Program-made: the position numbers and the translations under genes
From: an uncultured virus (IMG/VR IMGVR_UViG_3300008110_007658)
Lineage: Duplodnaviria > Heunggongvirae > Uroviricota > Caudoviricetes
Virus record (IMG/VR): IMGVR_UViG_3300008110_007658
Length of the DNA: 64,000 bases
Strand: one strand, 5' to 3'
The notes under the pieces: model-generated
What the model was told of the DNA's origin: nothing
What the model saw: the letters and a program-made list of their open reading frames with translations, nothing else
Databases searched by the model: none
Part shown: piece after piece, positions 60,188 through 64,000 of the stretch
How positions within the stretch are numbered: the first letter of the stretch is position 1
Layout of the letters: each line of letters starts with the position of its first letter

Positions 60188-62344
60188 TTATGCCACAAGA
60201 GAAATGAACTCGCCAAGAACCTTCTTATTCAGTTTCTTGGTTTTGAGAGACTTTACAAATGCAGATTTGATTTGTGCTTTAGTTGCAGTCTCATGAACAT
60301 CAAACTCAGTATCCTGAGAAAGTGCAGAGGCAGAAAGTCCAAAGTATGCATCATACCCAGAGTTGGTAATAGTAAAACTCTTCAGTTTTTTCCAATCACT
60401 TTGGATTTTGTCATATTCCTTATCACTGTAAGAGTGATAAAGACTGATGAAGCGATTCGCATCACGATTAGAAAGAACACGAATTCCAATGAAATTTACA
60501 GTAGGAAACTTATCCTTTAGATTCTTGAGAAGAGTATCAGTAAATTCGTGATGAGAACATCCAATAGTGTAAGTTGTACCAATCTTACGGTCACGCAAGA
60601 AGCACTTGTTTGGATTAATACTACGAGTACCAATATAAGGTTCAGTATCCCAACCACGCTTTACTGTAACATGATAAGGAAGTTGACTTGCTTCACCATC
60701 AGTTAGAATGACGCACTGAACTTTTTGAAGTTTGTTTTCTTTCTGGAATTTGGGAAGAATCTGGTGAAGAGAAATCAATGACTCATTCAAAGGAGTTCCA
60801 GACAAACAGAGTTTTGTAGGATATGTGTATTTGCAATAATATGTATTTTCAAAACAAGAAGCAAGACGCCAAATGTTCAGCATCTGATTTTCAAGTTCTT
60901 TACCATTCACTTTATTTGTGAAAAGATTCATCAAAGAAAAAGTTTCTTCAACACACACCAACCCGTCTTTCTTTTCATAGCAATATTTTGGAATACCACC
61001 AACAATCTTGTAATTTTCATCATAGACAGGACGGGACCATTCATTTGTGAAGGCATAGACCTCAAAAGGAAGAGAAACTTTCTTACAGAACCAAATCAAG
61101 TTAAACAGTTGCTTGCAAGTATCCAGAAGAACATTTGCCATAGAACCAGACCAGTCCAAAATAAACACTAGACCGTGATTCTTACCATCAGGAATTACAG
61201 TTACTTTCTTGAATAGATCTTCATTGAACTTGTAAGTATGAAGACGGGCGGTATCGAGAACTCCTGTGCGAGCAGTAGAAGCACGAGCATAACTATCTGC
61301 TGCCTTACGGCACTCAAACTCTTTTACAAGATAATTAACTTCTTTCTGAGCAGATACTTTAAACTTTTTAAATTCAGCATCTACAATATCAAAAAGATTA
61401 TCACAAGCACTATTTTTCTGCTGAAGAGCAAAGGAATCTTTAATTACTTGATGAACTTCAGAGTTCTTACCAATAACAATATCCAAATCAACTTTAGGGA
61501 GTTCAATGTAGACATTCTCTGGACCGTTATTATCTACAAGATCTTTGATTTTATCTTGAAGAGAATCGGCAGTACGAACTTCGGGTTCTGAATTTTGAGT
61601 GGGAGAATTGCTTACTTGATCACCAGAGGCATTTCCATTTTCACCGCTAGACTCTGGTTGGGAAGATTCTGATTTATTAGATTCACCTTCTTCAGTTTCT
61701 TGAGATTCTTGTTGATCCACAAAGTCACTTGCTTGAGATTGAGAATCACCTTGAGTTTCGTGCGAATCCCAATCAGCAACTTTTTGTTGCTGCTCTTTTT
61801 CTTTCTTACAATACTTATAAAGTTCTTCTGCAGCAATCAGGGTATCAGCAAAAGTTTCTGATGCTGCAATCAGGTCAATAATTTCCTTCTCTGCAGAAGT
61901 AAAGTCAAGAGCAAGAAAGTTTCCAACTTTAAAGTAAAGGTTAGAACGGTCTGCAAGATTAAATGTGGAAATATCCTCATCTTCTAACTGAAAGAAATCT
62001 TGTTCGTTCAGTTCTTTGTATCCATTAAAGAAAGTTTTAGCAAGTCCTGCGTACTTACGTTTCATCAGTTTCTCAACGCGAGCATCTTCCACGACGTTAA
62101 TAAACTGTTGGGGAACCTTACAAGTCTTGCTCCAATCCTCATCAGGAGTGAAAAGAGCGTGACCAACTTCGTGACCTACCAATAGATCATAAACAGTATT
62201 GCTTGCCTTTTCCCACAAAGGAAGAGTTAGAACACGGGTATGAACATTAAAGCAAGCAGTAGAAACTTGCTTGTGCTCCACCACAAGATCCTCAGTAGCA
62301 AGCAGGCGAGCAAGTTGGGATTTGATTTCGTGACGGACTGCCAT
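60188..62344 (-). CDS. metallopeptidase-like + vWA protein (CobT-like partner of CobS)
   Basis: HEVGH, NVVEDARVE, LDWSGSM MIDAS, LTDGE. Confidence 0.87.
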   Translation of the reverse strand: MAVRHEIKSQLARLLATEDLVVEHKQVSTACFNVHTRVLTLPLWEKASNTVYDLLVGHEVGHALFTPDEDWSKTCKVPQQFINVVEDARVEKLMKRKYAGLAKTFFNGYKELNEQDFFQLEDEDISTFNLADRSNLYFKVGNFLALDFTSAEKEIIDLIAASETFADTLIAAEELYKYCKKEKEQQQKVADWDSHETQGDSQSQASDFVDQQESQETEEGESNKSESSQPESSGENGNASGDQVSNSPTQNSEPEVRTADSLQDKIKDLVDNNGPENVYIELPKVDLDIVIGKNSEVHQVIKDSFALQQKNSACDNLFDIVDAEFKKFKVSAQKEVNYLVKEFECRKAADSYARASTARTGVLDTARLHTYKFNEDLFKKVTVIPDGKNHGLVFILDWSGSMANVLLDTCKQLFNLIWFCKKVSLPFEVYAFTNEWSRPVYDENYKIVGGIPKYCYEKKDGLVCVEETFSLMNLFTNKVNGKELENQMLNIWRLASCFENTYYCKYTYPTKLCLSGTPLNESLISLHQILPKFQKENKLQKVQCVILTDGEASQLPYHVTVKRGWDTEPYIGTRSINPNKCFLRDRKIGTTYTIGCSHHEFTDTLLKNLKDKFPTVNFIGIRVLSNRDANRFISLYHSYSDKEYDKIQSDWKKLKSFTITNSGYDAYFGLSASALSQDTEFDVHETATKAQIKSAFVKSLKTKKLNKKVLGEFISLVA

Positions 62345-62513
62345 TGGTTTTGTTTCGTATGGACCTATCATAAAACGAAAGGTCGCCTTTCGGGCGACCC
62401 ATGTGACTCTTTTTGAACTGGGCGAGTCTTGCTTTTGCTTGCCTCAGTGCTTGCGGTTTAAGTTTTCGTTTCTGCTCCTTGCGGGAGTGGTGCTGCCAGT
62501 TTGGAACTTTCAT
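62292..62513 (-). CDS. small basic hypothetical protein
   Basis: MKVPNWQHHSRKEQKRKLKPQALRQ. Confidence 0.55.
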   Translation of the reverse strand: MKVPNWQHHSRKEQKRKLKPQALRQAKARLAQFKKSHMGRPKGDLSFYDRSIRNKTNGSPSRNQIPTCSPACY

Positions 62514-62527
62514 CGTTCTTTTGAGTT

Positions 62528-64000
62528 TCAGTTCATCATACGACTAAATCCTTTAACTTTCTCAAACTTTATGACACTTTCAAATTTGTCCTCAAGTCCA
62601 GTCTTGTGAGATATTACAAAGATATTTGCATCTTTGATTACATAACGAATGATTTTAAGAAACTCTTCCGTACCAAACCCATCAAGAGAACTGTCAAATA
62701 CTTCGTCCATAATTAGAAGATTTGTATTGACAGAGTTCTTAAATCTTGCAACTTCTCTCCAAGTAAAAAGAAGAGCAAGGTCAATTCTCATTTTCTCTCC
62801 TTCAGAAAAAGAAGCATATGAAAAATCTTCGTGAATTGGAGACTGGACGGTTTCGTTAAATTCCTCATCAAGAGTAAAGTTAATATAGAAATCCATCATC
62901 TGAAGATAACGGTTAACTTGCTGATTTATCAGCGGTAGATACTTCTTAATGATCTTGGATTTTACTCCACCGTCTTTGAGTAAACTATACGTAAAATCGT
63001 AATAGTTGATTGAGTCTTTTTTAGTTGAGAGATCTTCGTATGTAGTTTGGAGACTTTCTTTAAAACTTTCTAACTTCTCATGTTCAGTATTTCGGTTTTC
63101 AAGCTGATTGGTAATAGTTTGAATTTCAAGTTCAAGATCTCTGACTTGCCTCTGACATCCAGCGATCTTAGTATTGTTTTGAGAAATGTCATGCGTTAGT
63201 TTTGTAATCTCCTTAGAGAGAGTGAGAAATTGACGCTCTCGCTCTTCTTCCTCTTTAATTGCCTCCTCCAGTTCTTTATAACCAGATTGCAACTCTTTTG
63301 CTTTAGATTGAGCGTCGTTAATTCTATTTATTCTGAAGACTTCATCAATCTCCTGTGTGCAGGTAGGACAAACCGTATTCTCACTGAAAAACTTATGTTC
63401 TTTAGTAATGGTGGATACCTTTTGAGATATCTTACCTTTTAGATTACCAAGTTTTTTAAGTTTATCATTTGCCCCAATATAGTCATTCAACTTATTTTGA
63501 AGTTTGAAGATATCCCCATCAAGAATTGAATTATCATTCATAAGAAGTCCTTGCTCTTCAGTAAGAGATGCGATTAAAACTTCCTTATTTTTAATATTTT
63601 CTTTACCCCGATTTTCGAGTTCCTCAATAAAGTCTTTCTGCATTTGAACTTTATCGTTCAAAGACTCTTTCTTAAGTTCAAGAGTTCTTACTTCATCTCG
63701 GATTTGGCGAATCTTATCTTTAATGATTGTATTCATAGAAGAAAAGATCTTAATATCCAAAAGATCTTCAATCACCTCTCTGCGATGTGCTGCAGGAAGT
63801 TGCATAAAAGGAACAAAAGTGCTTGACCCCAGAATTACAATCTGAGTGAAAGACTTATAGTTCATCTTAAGAACATTTTGCTCTAACCACTTCTGCTGAT
63901 CTAATGCAGCAGAAGATTGGTCAAGGGCAGAACCATTTCTATAAATCTCAAAAATTGCAGGTTTGATTCCCCTCACAACTTTCCATTCGGTCGATCCAAT
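62528..64000 (-). CDS. gp46: SbcC/Rad50-like recombination endonuclease subunit (5' end outside window)
   Basis: CPTC zinc hook, FSEGEKMRID, LIMDEVFDSSLD, VISH. Confidence 0.95.
   Translation of the reverse strand: MGSTEWKVVRGIKPAIFEIYRNGSALDQSSAALDQQKWLEQNVLKMNYKSFTQIVILGSSTFVPFMQLPAAHRREVIEDLLDIKIFSSMNTIIKDKIRQIRDEVRTLELKKESLNDKVQMQKDFIEELENRGKENIKNKEVLIASLTEEQGLLMNDNSILDGDIFKLQNKLNDYIGANDKLKKLGNLKGKISQKVSTITKEHKFFSENTVCPTCTQEIDEVFRINRINDAQSKAKELQSGYKELEEAIKEEEERERQFLTLSKEITKLTHDISQNNTKIAGCQRQVRDLELEIQTITNQLENRNTEHEKLESFKESLQTTYEDLSTKKDSINYYDFTYSLLKDGGVKSKIIKKYLPLINQQVNRYLQMMDFYINFTLDEEFNETVQSPIHEDFSYASFSEGEKMRIDLALLFTWREVARFKNSVNTNLLIMDEVFDSSLDGFGTEEFLKIIRYVIKDANIFVISHKTGLEDKFESVIKFEKVKGFSRMMN

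Noticed and set aside
1..64000. DGR, retron, integrase or transposase
   Set aside because: No reverse transcriptase, recombinase or template/variable repeat pair recognised

Overview
64 kb of a T4-like cyanomyovirus (Kyanoviridae-type) genome, coded mostly on the minus strand. Left to right it carries: host-derived metabolic genes (gnd, talC, psbD, an F-CphI-like endonuclease, psbA); a plus-strand late block; two modular lysin-like genes; peroxiredoxin, two hli genes and a cyanobacterial porin; a ~13.5 kb glycan-synthesis island (GT25, GT6, GT11, gmd/fcl, C-methyltransferase, WavE, NTP-transferase and others); a manA-like structured RNA with an ORF nested inside it; a tRNA cluster with dps and unexplained structured RNAs; nrdB/nrdA, primase and putative internal-head proteins; and the T4 replication core (mazG, gp41, uvsX, gp43, hsp20, regA, gp62, dam, gp44, gp45, cobS, gp46). 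Six loci show short internal deletions: five frameshift a protein gene (tail lysozyme, nrdB, nrdA, dam, DenV-like gene) and one truncates tRNA-Leu. They may be collapsed assembly gaps. All family assignments come from motif recognition by eye; no searches were run.
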